Part shown: one piece after another, positions 11,090-20,963 of the stretch
Numbering within the stretch: the first letter of the stretch is position 1
Layout: the number at the start of each line of letters is the position of its first letter
NCBI GenBank assembly: GCA_040902005.1
Contig: JBBDYA010000028.1
Span: 1-40,498, forward strand
DNA length: 40,498 nt
DNA from: Gemmatimonadaceae bacterium
Lineage (GTDB): Bacteria; Gemmatimonadota; Gemmatimonadetes; Gemmatimonadales; Gemmatimonadaceae
Reading direction: 5' to 3'
Notes under the pieces: model-generated
What the model was told of the DNA's origin: nothing
Database searches by the model: none
The model's input: only the letters and a program-made list of their open reading frames with translations
Program-made: the position numbers and the translations under genes

Positions 11090-11788
11090 ATGACGCAACC
11101 ACTCATCGCCCTGCGCGGCGTAACCAAGACATTTCCCATCGCCGCTGGCGAGTTCACCGCATTGGCCGGCGTCACCATCGAGATCGAGAAGGGCGAGTTC
11201 GTGGCGGTCGTCGGGCAATCCGGCAGCGGGAAGTCCACGCTGCTGGGTCTCGTTTCCGGCATCGACCGGCCCACGCGCGGCGAAGTGCATGTGGGCGGCA
11301 CGGCGGTGCATCTGCTCCGGGAGCGCGAAATGTCCGCGTGGCGCGGACGCGCCGTGGGCATCGTGTTCCAGTTCTTTCAGCTCCTGCCCACGCTCACGGC
11401 GGCCGAAAACGTGATGCTGCCGATGGACTTCTGCGGGATCTGGCCCACGAGAGAGCGGCGCGATCGTGCGCTCTCGCTGCTGGAACGGCTTGGCGTTGCC
11501 GACCAGGCGGACAAACTGCCCGCTGCGCTCTCAGGCGGGCAGCAACAGCGGGTGGCCGTCGCACGCGCGCTGGCGAACGCGCCCGCAGTCTTGCTCGCGG
11601 ACGAGCCGACGGGAAACCTGGACTCGCGGACCGCCGAATCCATGCTCGAGCTCCTGGCGGGTCTGGTGAGCGACGGGCAAACCGTCGTGATGGTGACCCA
11701 CGAGCAAAGCGCGCGCCGCTTCGCCTCGCGCACCGTGACGCTCGCCGACGGCCGAGTCGTGTCGGCGGAGCAGGTCGCGCATGCGTAG
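11090..11788 (+). CDS. ABC transporter ATP-binding protein, LolD/MacB type
   Basis: GQSGSGKST, VFQFFQLL, LSGGQQQRVAVARALAN, LADEPTGNLD. Confidence 0.95.
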   Translation: MTQPLIALRGVTKTFPIAAGEFTALAGVTIEIEKGEFVAVVGQSGSGKSTLLGLVSGIDRPTRGEVHVGGTAVHLLREREMSAWRGRAVGIVFQFFQLLPTLTAAENVMLPMDFCGIWPTRERRDRALSLLERLGVADQADKLPAALSGGQQQRVAVARALANAPAVLLADEPTGNLDSRTAESMLELLAGLVSDGQTVVMVTHEQSARRFASRTVTLADGRVVSAEQVAHA

Positions 11789-14147
11789 TCCGCGCTGGCG
11801 TAAAGTTGTACGGGACGTCTGGCTGCACAAAGCGCGCACGCTGCTCGTCGTGCTGGCGATCTGCGTCGGGATCATCGGCTCGGGCGCCGTGCTGAACAAG
11901 TGGGCGCTGCTGCGTCGCGTCACGCACGGCGAGTTCTCGGCCAGCAATCCCGCGTCTGCGACGCTGCGGACCGACTCGATCGACGCGACGCTGCTGCACC
12001 GCGTCCGAGCACTGCCGGCCATTCGCCGTGCGGAAGCCCGCCGGACGGTGACGGCCAGCGCGAGAACGGAAGCCGGCTGGCGCACGGCGCTGCTCTTCGC
12101 CACCGAGGACTTCGCCAAGGAGATCGGCGTGCTCAAGCCGGAGCACGGTGCGTGGCCGCCAGCCGATGGCGCGATCGTGGTGGAGGCGTCGTCCGTTGAG
12201 TTCTCGGGCGCGAGCATTGGCCAGCCGCTCGAGATCCAGGTGGGCGACGCCGCGCCGGTGGCGCTCACCACAACCGGAATCGCGCGCGACGTGGGGCTCG
12301 CGCCCGGCTGGATGGAGCACGTCGTCTACGCGTTCGTGACGCCGGCGACGCTCGCTCGCCTCGGGTCGTCCGCTTCGCTCAACGAGCTGCAGATCGTCGT
12401 ACGCGATCCGGCCCTGGATCGCGAAGCCGTGCGCCGCGTCGCCAACGAAGTCAGGGTGCTGGTCGAGGACACCGGGCGCCGTGTATCGGACGTGGACGTG
12501 CCCGTTCCCGGACGACACATCCACACGGCGCAGATCGACTCGCTGCTGATGACGCAGGGCGCGTTCGGCCTGCTGGCGATGCTCATGAGCGGGTTGCTTG
12601 TGCTCAACCTGATTTCCGCGATGTTGACCGGGCAGGTGCGCGAGATCGGCATCATGAAAGCCATCGGTGCGCGCGGCGGACAGATTGCCCGGATGTACCT
12701 CGGCCTCGCGCTTGGACTCGGTCTCGTGGCATGCGCGATCGCGATCCCGGCCGCCGCTGTGCTGGGACGCCTGTACGCGCAGTTCAGCGCGGACATGCTC
12801 AACTTCGACATTACCGGATTCACGATCCCGTTCTGGGCGTTCGGGATACAGCTCGCTGTCGGCGCGCTGCTGCCGGTGCTGGCGGCCGCGGTGCCGGTGC
12901 GGCGCGGCTCGCGCATCTCGGTTGGTGACGCGTTGCGCGATTTTGGCATCCTCGGCCGCGGCGACAACGCCACGCCAACGCTTCTCCGGCGCGTCGGCGG
13001 CGTGACGCGTCCGCTGCTGCTCTCGCTGCGAAACGCCTTTCGCCGGCGGCAGCGCATGGCGCTCACCCTGGTCACGCTCGCGATGGGCGGCGCCGTCTAC
13101 CTGGGTGCGCTGAACTTGAAGGCGGCGATCGTCGCGTCGGTTGACCTGCTCTTCGGGACGCAGCGCTTCGACATCGGGATACGCTTCGCCAAGCCGTATC
13201 ACCCGGACAGCATCGAGGCAGCAGTATCGCGCGTTGCCGGCGTCGCGCGCGTGGAAGCGTGGTCGAGCGGACGCGCGGCGCTCAGGCGCGCGGACGGTTC
13301 GGTCGGCAACGCGTTCCCACTCACGGCACCGCCTGCGGACACGCGAATGCTGTCGTTCGACGTCGTGAGTGGCCGTGGCCTCCAGGCCGGCGACGCGAAT
13401 GCGCTGGTCGTCAATCGACGCCTGATCGAGGATGACTCGAGCTTCGTCGTTGGCAGGGAAGTGACGCTCGTGATCGCCGGTCGGCCGACACCCTGGATCG
13501 TCGTGGGCGTCGCGGAGACTGGCCCGTCCGCCGCCGCCTATGTTCCGCGCGACGCGCTGGCGCCGATCGTTTCGAATGGCGGGGCAAGTCTCGCGGTCGT
13601 CGCTTCAGCGCTGGCGGGTCCGGCATCACATCTCGACCTGGTCCAGCGCATCCGGAGCGACTTGACCGACGCCGGCATCGAGGTGGGTTCCGGACAACTG
13701 CTCGCGCAGCAGCGCCGCGTCGTGGAAGATCATTTGCTCCTGGTCGCAGGTTTTCTCGGTGTCATGGCCCAGCTCATGATCGTCGTGGGCGGGCTGGGAC
13801 TGGCGTCCACGATGAGCCTCGGCGTGCTCGAGCGAACTCGTGAGATCGGCGTGCTTCGCGCTATCGGCGCGCGCCACCGATCCATTCTCACCATGGTCCA
13901 GGTCGAGGGGCTCGTGATCGCCGTGCTGAGCTGGCTCGTCGCGATCCCGCTGTCACTGGTCATGAGCGTAGCGCTGGGCGACGCGTTCGGGCGCGTCATG
14001 CTCAAGGTGCCGGTGATCCTCGTTCCAGAAGCGGGTGCGGTGCTGCGCTGGCTGGCCGTCGTCGTCGTGGTGTCGATCGCTGCCTGCGCCTGGCCGGCCT
14101 ATCGAGCCATGCGCGTCAGCACTCGCACGGCCCTGTCCTACGAGTAG
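11781..14147 (+). CDS. ABC transporter permease, duplicated MacB/FtsX type
   Basis: Two FtsX-type repeats (QVREIGIMKAIGA, ERTREIGVLRAIGA), C-terminal ALSYE; overlaps ATPase stop. Confidence 0.92.
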   Translation: MRSPRWRKVVRDVWLHKARTLLVVLAICVGIIGSGAVLNKWALLRRVTHGEFSASNPASATLRTDSIDATLLHRVRALPAIRRAEARRTVTASARTEAGWRTALLFATEDFAKEIGVLKPEHGAWPPADGAIVVEASSVEFSGASIGQPLEIQVGDAAPVALTTTGIARDVGLAPGWMEHVVYAFVTPATLARLGSSASLNELQIVVRDPALDREAVRRVANEVRVLVEDTGRRVSDVDVPVPGRHIHTAQIDSLLMTQGAFGLLAMLMSGLLVLNLISAMLTGQVREIGIMKAIGARGGQIARMYLGLALGLGLVACAIAIPAAAVLGRLYAQFSADMLNFDITGFTIPFWAFGIQLAVGALLPVLAAAVPVRRGSRISVGDALRDFGILGRGDNATPTLLRRVGGVTRPLLLSLRNAFRRRQRMALTLVTLAMGGAVYLGALNLKAAIVASVDLLFGTQRFDIGIRFAKPYHPDSIEAAVSRVAGVARVEAWSSGRAALRRADGSVGNAFPLTAPPADTRMLSFDVVSGRGLQAGDANALVVNRRLIEDDSSFVVGREVTLVIAGRPTPWIVVGVAETGPSAAAYVPRDALAPIVSNGGASLAVVASALAGPASHLDLVQRIRSDLTDAGIEVGSGQLLAQQRRVVEDHLLLVAGFLGVMAQLMIVVGGLGLASTMSLGVLERTREIGVLRAIGARHRSILTMVQVEGLVIAVLSWLVAIPLSLVMSVALGDAFGRVMLKVPVILVPEAGAVLRWLAVVVVVSIAACAWPAYRAMRVSTRTALSYE

Positions 14148-14284
14148 CCGACATCGGTCCTCAAATACGGCACTCGGCAGTGTGCGGGGCGGCACTCGTT
14201 TGCAGGATTGCCTCGCTCGCGACAACAGCGGCAACCCCTACCATTTCTTCGGCGTCAACCTTCGGAGAGCGCGGGTTGTCAAAC

Positions 14285-14320
14285 GCTGGTCTCGAAGCTG
14301 GTCCCGAAGCTGGTCTCCGG
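14285..14320. repeat. 12-bp tandem repeat x3 (GCTGGTCYCGAA)
   Basis: GCTGGTCTCGAA GCTGGTCCCGAA GCTGGTCTCCGG ending 9 nt before ATG 14330. Confidence 0.7.
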
Positions 14321-14329
14321 GGGCTCTGA

Positions 14330-15336
14330 ATGGGCAATCTGTTGGGGGATGTTCGCTTCGCGCTGCGGTCCCTGCGGCGCCGCGCCAACTTCACCGTCGT
14401 CGCGCTCGCGATCCTGACGCTTGGCGTCGGGACTTCGACCTCGGTCTATAGCGTCGTCGACGGCATCCTCTTTCGACCCCTGCCCTTTCGCGAGCCGGAA
14501 CGCCTCACCGCGGTATGGCAGACGTACCCAAACTGGAGGACGGAGCCGCAGTTGGCGCGGATGTGGGACCGCATCTCGTTGTCGATTCCCGAATTCCGCG
14601 CGTGGCGGCAGCGCCAACGCTCGTTCGAGGACGTCGCGATCTGGGGCACCACGCGCTTCACGCTCGGCGAGGGAGAAGCGCGAGAGCGAGTGGACGTCGT
14701 ACGCGCGAGCGCGTCGATGCTCGACGTGCTGGCGACCAAGCCATTTATGGGCCGGTTCTTCAGCGCCGAGCAAGACGCGGTGCGCGGGGCGCCCGTGACG
14801 GTGCTGAGCTACGAGCGCTGGGAGTCACGCTACGCGCGCGACCCGAGCGTGGTGGGCAAACTGGTGCGGTTCGATGAAGGACCGTACATGATCATCGGTG
14901 TCCTTCCGCGCGGGCTGTCATTGAGCCATGGCGAGCCGACGGCGCCGTTCTGGGTGCCGGTGGGTCAGGACTCGTCCAATGCAAGGCAGTCGGACAATCA
15001 CAGGTTTGCGGCGTTGGGGCGTCTCAAGCCCGGCGTGACACTGGCCGCGGCGACGCAGGAGTCCGCGCCCCTGCTCGACGGACGCGCGAGCACCGCGTGG
15101 AAGCACGGTGTCCCGCGGCTGCAGCAATGGCAGGAGGACATCACGCGCGACGTGCGCAATCCGGTGCTGCTGCTCCTTGCTACGTGGAGCCGCTGCTTTT
15201 CGAGACGTCGCCGCGCGATCCCGCGGTGATTGGCGGCGTGGTGGCCGTCCTGCTGGTGGTCACCGTGCTCGCGTGCCTGGTGCCCGCGGCGCGGGCGACG
15301 CGCGTAGACCCCGTCACCGCGCTCCGGTCGGACTGA
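14330..15336 (+). pseudogene. ADOP-family duplicated ABC permease with a large internal deletion and frameshift
   Basis: Typical N-terminus (DVRFALRSLRR..FTVVALAILTLGVG..LFRPLPFREPERL) runs to PVLLLLA near 15180; the family C-terminus LLFETSPRDP..CLVPAARATRVDPVTALRSD follows at once in a different frame. Confidence 0.85.
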
Positions 15337-15582
15337 GACGTGACGTGGACAGTTCGCGGGGTATCGCGGCTTCGTCCACACCTGTGTCCCCTGCGCTGGA
15401 GCTCGACCGCGGCCACGGCGCATCGCCGAGCGAACGCCGGCCAAGCGATCGACAGCCCGTTCGGCATCAAAAACGCGCGCCCTGTCCCTCGCTCCGGGCC
15501 TATTTGGCTCCCGAGCCGCATGTTGACTGCATGCGCTATCGTCGTGGTAAAAGCCTGAGAGTGGCGCACGGAGAGAGATTCG

Positions 15583-16380
15583 ATGTCCGCATTTTGTAAC
15601 AAGAGCTGCAGCCGGCGGCAGTTTCTTGGCGTAGCGTCAGTTGGAGCGGGCGCGGTACTCGCGGGCTGCACCGGTGGCACGGAGCCGGTCATCATTGCAC
15701 CGAACGCGACGCTTCACTCGCGGCCGCGGTGGCCAACGATCCCGGTTGCGCACGGCTACACCAGTCTCGGCATCGGCAAGCAGCTGATCGGCAGAGACGC
15801 GGTGCTCTACGTTCCTCCCGCCTACGACCCCGCTGAGCCGGCACCCCTGCTCGTGCTACTCCACGGCGGCGGCGGCAGGGCCTCCGGGTGGTCCTCGCCG
15901 GCCTTGCAAGAGATCGTCGATCCGCTCGGCGTCGTCGTGCTGGCGCCCGACTCGCGCAGTTATTCCACCTGGGACCTCCTCGAAGACGGTGACTATGGAA
16001 GGGACGTCGCGTTCATCGACGACGCGCTCGACTGGACCTTCCGGCGCTGTCGCGTGGATCCGGCCCGCATCTGTATCGGCGGGTTTTCCGACGGCGCATC
16101 GGAAGCGCTCGGGCTCGGCGTCGTGAATGGCGATCTCTTTCATTGGATCATGGGCTTTTCGCCCGGAATGCTGCACGCCGCGCATCAACGTGGGTTGCCG
16201 CGGGCGTTTATCTCGCACGGCACGCAAGACGAAGTTCTTCCGTTCGCCGAGACACGGGACTTCATCGTGCCGGCTATGCGGGACGCCGGTCTGACCGTGA
16301 ACTTCGTTCCGTTCGACGGCGGTCACGAGCTCACCGTCGAGATCGCGAGCCAGGCCATGTCATGGTTCGCCAGCTCGTGA
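15583..16380 (+). CDS. Tat-exported alpha/beta hydrolase (phospholipase/carboxylesterase family), probable lipoprotein
   Basis: SRRQFL twin-arginine motif, LAGC lipobox, LHGGGG, nucleophile GFSDG, HGTQD, GGH. Confidence 0.88.
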   Translation: MSAFCNKSCSRRQFLGVASVGAGAVLAGCTGGTEPVIIAPNATLHSRPRWPTIPVAHGYTSLGIGKQLIGRDAVLYVPPAYDPAEPAPLLVLLHGGGGRASGWSSPALQEIVDPLGVVVLAPDSRSYSTWDLLEDGDYGRDVAFIDDALDWTFRRCRVDPARICIGGFSDGASEALGLGVVNGDLFHWIMGFSPGMLHAAHQRGLPRAFISHGTQDEVLPFAETRDFIVPAMRDAGLTVNFVPFDGGHELTVEIASQAMSWFASS

Positions 16381-16413
16381 CGCGTCCGGTGCACGTTCAA
16401 GTATTGGGTTCTT

Positions 16414-16581
16414 ACGGAATTTCGGGGAATAGGTAAGAGGGAAAGAGGAAGAGGGAAACCACAACGGCGGGAAATGGGAGTGAGACTGGGAGTGGGAACA
16501 GTCTCATTCTCGCGCCTCTTCCCCTTTTACCTGTTCCCTTTCCCGGAATTCCCGGAATTCCCGGAATTCCCGGAATTCCCG
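16414..16581. repeat. Long heptamer-based inverted repeat plus 9-bp tandem array (TTCCCGGAA x4.7) between convergent genes
   Basis: 16425-16448 pairs with 16515-16538; 16476-16488 pairs with 16499-16511; tandem array at 16540-16581. Confidence 0.8.
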
Positions 16582-16602
16582 TGTATTGAGACTACACTCG
16601 CG

Positions 16603-16977
16603 CTAATTGGAGCGCCGCGGAGTGTCGATGGCAATCACGGGCCGCATCTGATTGTTCGGCCCGTATCGCACCTGCGCTTCCGTGGGCGAGAGGTAACGCA
16701 CCGCCTGGGCCGACGTCACCGGGATCCGCTGGAGCATGTTGACGCTGCCCACGCGCTGGTCATCCAGATATACGGCGATCTGGTCCCCGGTGCGCACGTG
16801 CCGCGTGAACCAGAAGGGGCGCAGCTCACGGACGGCGTCATAGAGGTTTGCCTGCTGGCTGGCGCCCCGGAGTTCCTCCGCCAGTATAAGGTATTGGTCG
16901 CCACCGGACTGGGGGCGGATCGGGCGGCCCCCGGCGCAGGCGGCGACAAGGAGCAGCAGGAGGATGGTGGATCTCAC
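16603..16977 (-). CDS. Small lipoprotein resembling a stand-alone TonB-receptor plug domain
   Basis: VAAC lipobox; LYDAVRELRP, IAVYLDD, VRYLSPTEAQVRYG, VIAIDT parallel plug motifs (IIVDG..VEVVKG..LYG..GVITIKT in the neighbouring SusC). Confidence 0.7.
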   Translation of the reverse strand: MRSTILLLLLVAACAGGRPIRPQSGGDQYLILAEELRGASQQANLYDAVRELRPFWFTRHVRTGDQIAVYLDDQRVGSVNMLQRIPVTSAQAVRYLSPTEAQVRYGPNNQMRPVIAIDTPRRSN

Positions 16978-17113
16978 AGGGGTGTCTGCTGTGTTGGGTC
17001 AGCGGGCGAAGCGAACAAACAAGCGTTTGCGCCCTGACTGGAGGGGTGTCGCTTCCGGAGCACCCAAGGTCGGCATGGATGGAGGGGCGCGCAAGGCCAT
17101 TGAAACACGGCTC

Positions 17114-17142
17114 TTGCGCCTCCCGGGGCCTGGGCGTACGTT
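17114..17142 (+). promoter_or_regulatory. Putative sigma-70 promoter of the susC operon
   Basis: TTGCGC-N17-TACGTT about 350 nt upstream of the susC start. Confidence 0.5.
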
Positions 17143-17495
17143 CGCACCCCGTACATCCCAGGTCCAATCCGGCTCGAACCTGTGACAACCAGGTGACGCG
17201 GCTGTGAATGGTGGAGTTATCAGAGGTAGCTGGTGAAGGATTTTCGCGACGCCCGGGCGTTTCGGATGCGTCGTGATCTCGTTGTACAACAGCAACTCAT
17301 TTCGTTTTCTGACTTCGCGCCGGTGGTTCGTGCGTGAGGTTGCGGTTTTTTTAGCGGCGCATGCGAATGCGCCAGGGCCTTGAACCCCGTCGTGGAGGGC
17401 CAGCGGAGTTCGCAGTGGCAGTTCGTGACTTCTGATTGTTTCTCATGCAGGTTTTCGCAGTACGTACCCCATTCCTTTCTCTACAAGGGAGTGAC

Positions 17496-20400
17496 ATGAC
17501 ACACCTCAACACCCGTGCTCGAGTGCTGGCGATCGCAATGGCGACCGCACTACTCGCGGCGGTAACCCCAGGACAGGCACAAGCCCAGAATGCCGTGCTC
17601 ACCGGCAACGTGACATCGGAATTCGGGCAGACGCTGCAGGGCGCGAACGTCTACATCACCGAGATGGCAGTGTCGGTGGGGACGAACGAGCAGGGCGACT
17701 ACACGATCACGATTCCCGCGGCGCGCGTGAACGGACAGCAGGTGAACCTGCGCGTCCGCTCCGTGGGCTTCCAGCCGCAAGTTCGCCCCGTGCGGATCAC
17801 CGCCGGCTCGCAGACGTTCAACTTCGTCATGCGGCAGGACGTGAACCGACTCGACGAGATCATCGTCACGGGCGTGGTGGAGGGCACGGAACGCGCCAAG
17901 GTGCCGTTCGCGGTGGCCCGCCTCACCACGGAAGACATGCCGGTTCCGGCGCTCGACCCGATCCGCGCGCTCCAGGGCAAGGTCCCCGGCGTCCGGATCG
18001 CGCAGACGAGCGGTTTCCCGGGCTCCGAACCCCAGATCATGATGCGCGGACCGACCTCGATCATGGGTCAGGGCCGCAGCACGGGTCCGCTGATCATCGT
18101 TGACGGCGCGATCATGAACGTGGGCAGCCTCTCCGAGCTCGGCGGCATGGACATCGAGTCCGTCGAAGTCGTGAAGGGCGCGGCGGGTGCCTCGCTGTAC
18201 GGCACGCGCGCCGCCAACGGCGTCATCACGATCAAGACCAAGCGCGGCGCGGCGCAGGACGGCGTGCGGTTCAACGTCCGCAGCGAGTACGGCGTCAGCG
18301 ACCTGAACAGCATCGACTACGGTATGCCGGTCAACCATCACCTCCAGCTGGACGAGACGGGCACGCGCTTCTGCGAGCAGGTCTCGGCGAACCTGGCGCA
18401 CTGCTCGCGCTCGTTCAACTGGATGAACGAAATCATGCGCATCAACAACGTTGATGCCGACACGACGCGCCTCCCGCGCAACGTGCAGTGGAACTCGGCG
18501 TCCAACAGCGGCGGGATGCTCCAGAACGTGTACCAGGCCGCGATCTGGCCCGGTTCGTACTTCAACTCGCTGGGCCAGGTGCTCCAGCGCAATCCCGTGG
18601 CGCTCACGGCCGTGGACGCGACCGGCCGGGTTGGCGCGGTCCGCTTCTACGTCAGCGGTTCGTACCAGAATGAGGGCGGCGCGATCAAGGGCCTCAACGG
18701 CGAGCAGCAGCGCCGTGGCCGGGTGAACCTCGACTACGACATCCGCTCCGACCTGCTCGTCTCCGTGAGCAGCATGTACGACAACGGCACCACGGATAAC
18801 CGTTCCGGCGGCTCGTCGAACGGCGGCATCTTCGGGCAGGCGCTTCGCGGCGCACCCCCGGGCACCAACTACGCGGCCATCGACACGCTCGGACGTCCGA
18901 TCGTGCGTGGCGGCGGCTCGGGGTTGCGCGGCAGCGGTAACGGCGGCGGCACGTTCCTGTACGACGCCTTCGAAGACAACATCTGGAACAGCCTTTACTC
19001 CAACCGCTACCTCGGCAACATCACGTCGAGCTACTTCCCCACGGATTGGGTCACGTTCGAAGGCGCCTTCTCCTACGACAATCGCAACCGTCGTCAGGAC
19101 GCCTGGCAGGTGAAGGGCTACCGGACGTTCACGACCTCCTCGTCGCAGAACAACGGCAACATCTTCGTAGGCAACCGCGACGATGAGTCGATGAACGGAA
19201 GCCTGACCGCCACGTTCCGCCGGCAGCTCCGCGATGATCTCAACAGCAAGCTCAGCTTCCGCGGGCTGTACGACGAGCAGAACATCGTGAACAACTCGAG
19301 CGACGCGGAGATCTTCCTGGTGAAGGACATCTTTACGCTTGACAACGCGACCGACAACCACGACGCGAGCTCCAGCGCCTCCACGATCAAGAACACCGGT
19401 CTGTTCGCGGGACTGAGCCTCGACTACAAGGACCGGTACATCTTCGACGGTACCTTCCGGTACGACGGCAGTTCGCTCTTCGGTTCGGCTACCCGCTACG
19501 CTCCGTTCGGTCGTGTCTCGGGCGTGTGGCGCGTGTCGGAGGAGCCGTTCTGGAACTTCGAGCACCTGAACGACTTCCGCGTCCGCGCCTCGCGCGGAAC
19601 GGCGGGTTCCACACCAAGCTTCGACGCCCAGTACGAGACGTACAACATCACGGGCGGGAACATCACGCTGGGCCAGGCCGGTAACACCAAGCTGAAGCCC
19701 GAAACCACCACCGAGTACGAGTTCGGCACGGACTTCACAGTGTTCAACCGTGTCGGATTTGAACTCACGTATGCGCGCTCCTCCACGGAGGATCAGATCC
19801 TCCTCGTGAGCACGCCGGCGTCGCTCGGATTCTCGCAGCAGTGGCAGAACGCGGGTACGCTGGCCAACCGCACGTGGGAAGCTGGCATCAACCTGCCGGT
19901 CATCACGAACCGCGACCTCCAGTGGAGCATGCGCGGCACGTGGGATCGCACCCGGACGTTCGTCACCGAGCTGTTCGTTCCCGAGTTCCTGTTCGCCGGC
20001 GGAACGGGGCAGGGCACCGGTGGTTTCTTCCGCATCACGGATTCCGCCGAGTATCGCATGCCGCCGCTCCCCGGCGCTCCTGTCGGGTCGGTCGGTCCAA
20101 GCCTGACGAACGGCTTCGAGGCCAACCGCTTCGGCAACATCTGGGGCCGCAAGTTCATCACGCAGTGCAATGAGCTTCGCTCGGCGGCGCTCCAGGCCCA
20201 GTGCGGTGCCGGCAAGGCCTACCAGGTGAACGACCAGGGCTATGTGGTCTGGGTGGGCGATGGGAACAGCTGGCAGGACGGCATCACCAAGAACCTCTGG
20301 CAGACGATCCTGCCTGGCGTCCAGTCGCCGTGGGGCGACAACGTGCCGCTGTACTTCGGCATGCCGATCATCGACCGGCCGCTTCGCGGCCAGCCGAACC

Positions 20401-20951
20401 AGGGGTCCGGCATCAGCCAGGTCATCGGCAACGTGTTCCCGGATTTCCGCTTCACGTACGGCAACAACGTTCAGTACAAGAACCTCACCTTCTACGCGCT
20501 CCTGGACGGGACCGTCGGTCACGACATCAACAACCAGGGCGAGCAGTGGGGTCTGTTCGACTACAACTCCGACCAGTTCGACAACGCCGGACGCACGGTC
20601 GAAACGGCCAAGCCGCTCGGTTATGGCTGGCGCACTGGCCCGAGTGAGGCGGTCGGCGTCGGCGGGTTCTACGACGTCCTTGGTCCGAACAACTACTCGG
20701 TCGAAGACGGCACGTACGCCAAGCTGCGCGAAGTGAGTCTGACGTATCGCGTCGGCGCCGTTCGTGGCGTCGGTGACTGGACTCTTGGTCTGGTGGGCCG
20801 CAACCTGTTGACCTTCACCGGTTACTCTGGCTACGACCCCGAAGTTGGCGCCGGTGCTGGCCAGACCGGTTCCGGGCTCATCAACCAGACGGATGCGTTC
20901 GGCTTCCCAACTCTTCGTACCTACACGTTCTCACTTTCCACGCGCTTCTAG
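17496..20951 (+). CDS. SusC/RagA-family TonB-dependent outer membrane transporter
   Basis: Signal peptide, carboxypeptidase-regulatory-like N-domain, LDEIIVTG, ALQGKVPG, DIESVEVVKGAAGASLYGTRAANGVITIKTKRG, LKPETTTE, GYDPEV, terminal Phe; AAGGGA RBS before ATG 17496. Confidence 0.96.
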   Translation: MTHLNTRARVLAIAMATALLAAVTPGQAQAQNAVLTGNVTSEFGQTLQGANVYITEMAVSVGTNEQGDYTITIPAARVNGQQVNLRVRSVGFQPQVRPVRITAGSQTFNFVMRQDVNRLDEIIVTGVVEGTERAKVPFAVARLTTEDMPVPALDPIRALQGKVPGVRIAQTSGFPGSEPQIMMRGPTSIMGQGRSTGPLIIVDGAIMNVGSLSELGGMDIESVEVVKGAAGASLYGTRAANGVITIKTKRGAAQDGVRFNVRSEYGVSDLNSIDYGMPVNHHLQLDETGTRFCEQVSANLAHCSRSFNWMNEIMRINNVDADTTRLPRNVQWNSASNSGGMLQNVYQAAIWPGSYFNSLGQVLQRNPVALTAVDATGRVGAVRFYVSGSYQNEGGAIKGLNGEQQRRGRVNLDYDIRSDLLVSVSSMYDNGTTDNRSGGSSNGGIFGQALRGAPPGTNYAAIDTLGRPIVRGGGSGLRGSGNGGGTFLYDAFEDNIWNSLYSNRYLGNITSSYFPTDWVTFEGAFSYDNRNRRQDAWQVKGYRTFTTSSSQNNGNIFVGNRDDESMNGSLTATFRRQLRDDLNSKLSFRGLYDEQNIVNNSSDAEIFLVKDIFTLDNATDNHDASSSASTIKNTGLFAGLSLDYKDRYIFDGTFRYDGSSLFGSATRYAPFGRVSGVWRVSEEPFWNFEHLNDFRVRASRGTAGSTPSFDAQYETYNITGGNITLGQAGNTKLKPETTTEYEFGTDFTVFNRVGFELTYARSSTEDQILLVSTPASLGFSQQWQNAGTLANRTWEAGINLPVITNRDLQWSMRGTWDRTRTFVTELFVPEFLFAGGTGQGTGGFFRITDSAEYRMPPLPGAPVGSVGPSLTNGFEANRFGNIWGRKFITQCNELRSAALQAQCGAGKAYQVNDQGYVVWVGDGNSWQDGITKNLWQTILPGVQSPWGDNVPLYFGMPIIDRPLRGQPNQGSGISQVIGNVFPDFRFTYGNNVQYKNLTFYALLDGTVGHDINNQGEQWGLFDYNSDQFDNAGRTVETAKPLGYGWRTGPSEAVGVGGFYDVLGPNNYSVEDGTYAKLREVSLTYRVGAVRGVGDWTLGLVGRNLLTFTGYSGYDPEVGAGAGQTGSGLINQTDAFGFPTLRTYTFSLSTRF

Positions 20952-20963
20952 GAGCCGTCCAAC

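Noticed and set aside
14161..14280. Possible minus-strand gene remnant (..VDAEEMVGVAAVVASEAILQ..)
   Set aside because: Too short, no recognisable family or credible start
16474..17037. 187-aa ORF with FPE repeats
   Set aside because: Translation of the 9-bp DNA repeat and antisense to the plug-like lipoprotein
17143..17495. Cobalamin, TPP or c-di-GMP riboswitch upstream of susC
   Set aside because: Conserved cores of these classes not found by eye
17550..20522. 990-aa antisense ORF and other long shadow ORFs (6536-7861, 11394-13202, 28198-29631, 32338-33591)
   Set aside because: Antisense mirrors of real genes caused by GC-rich codon bias; no motifs
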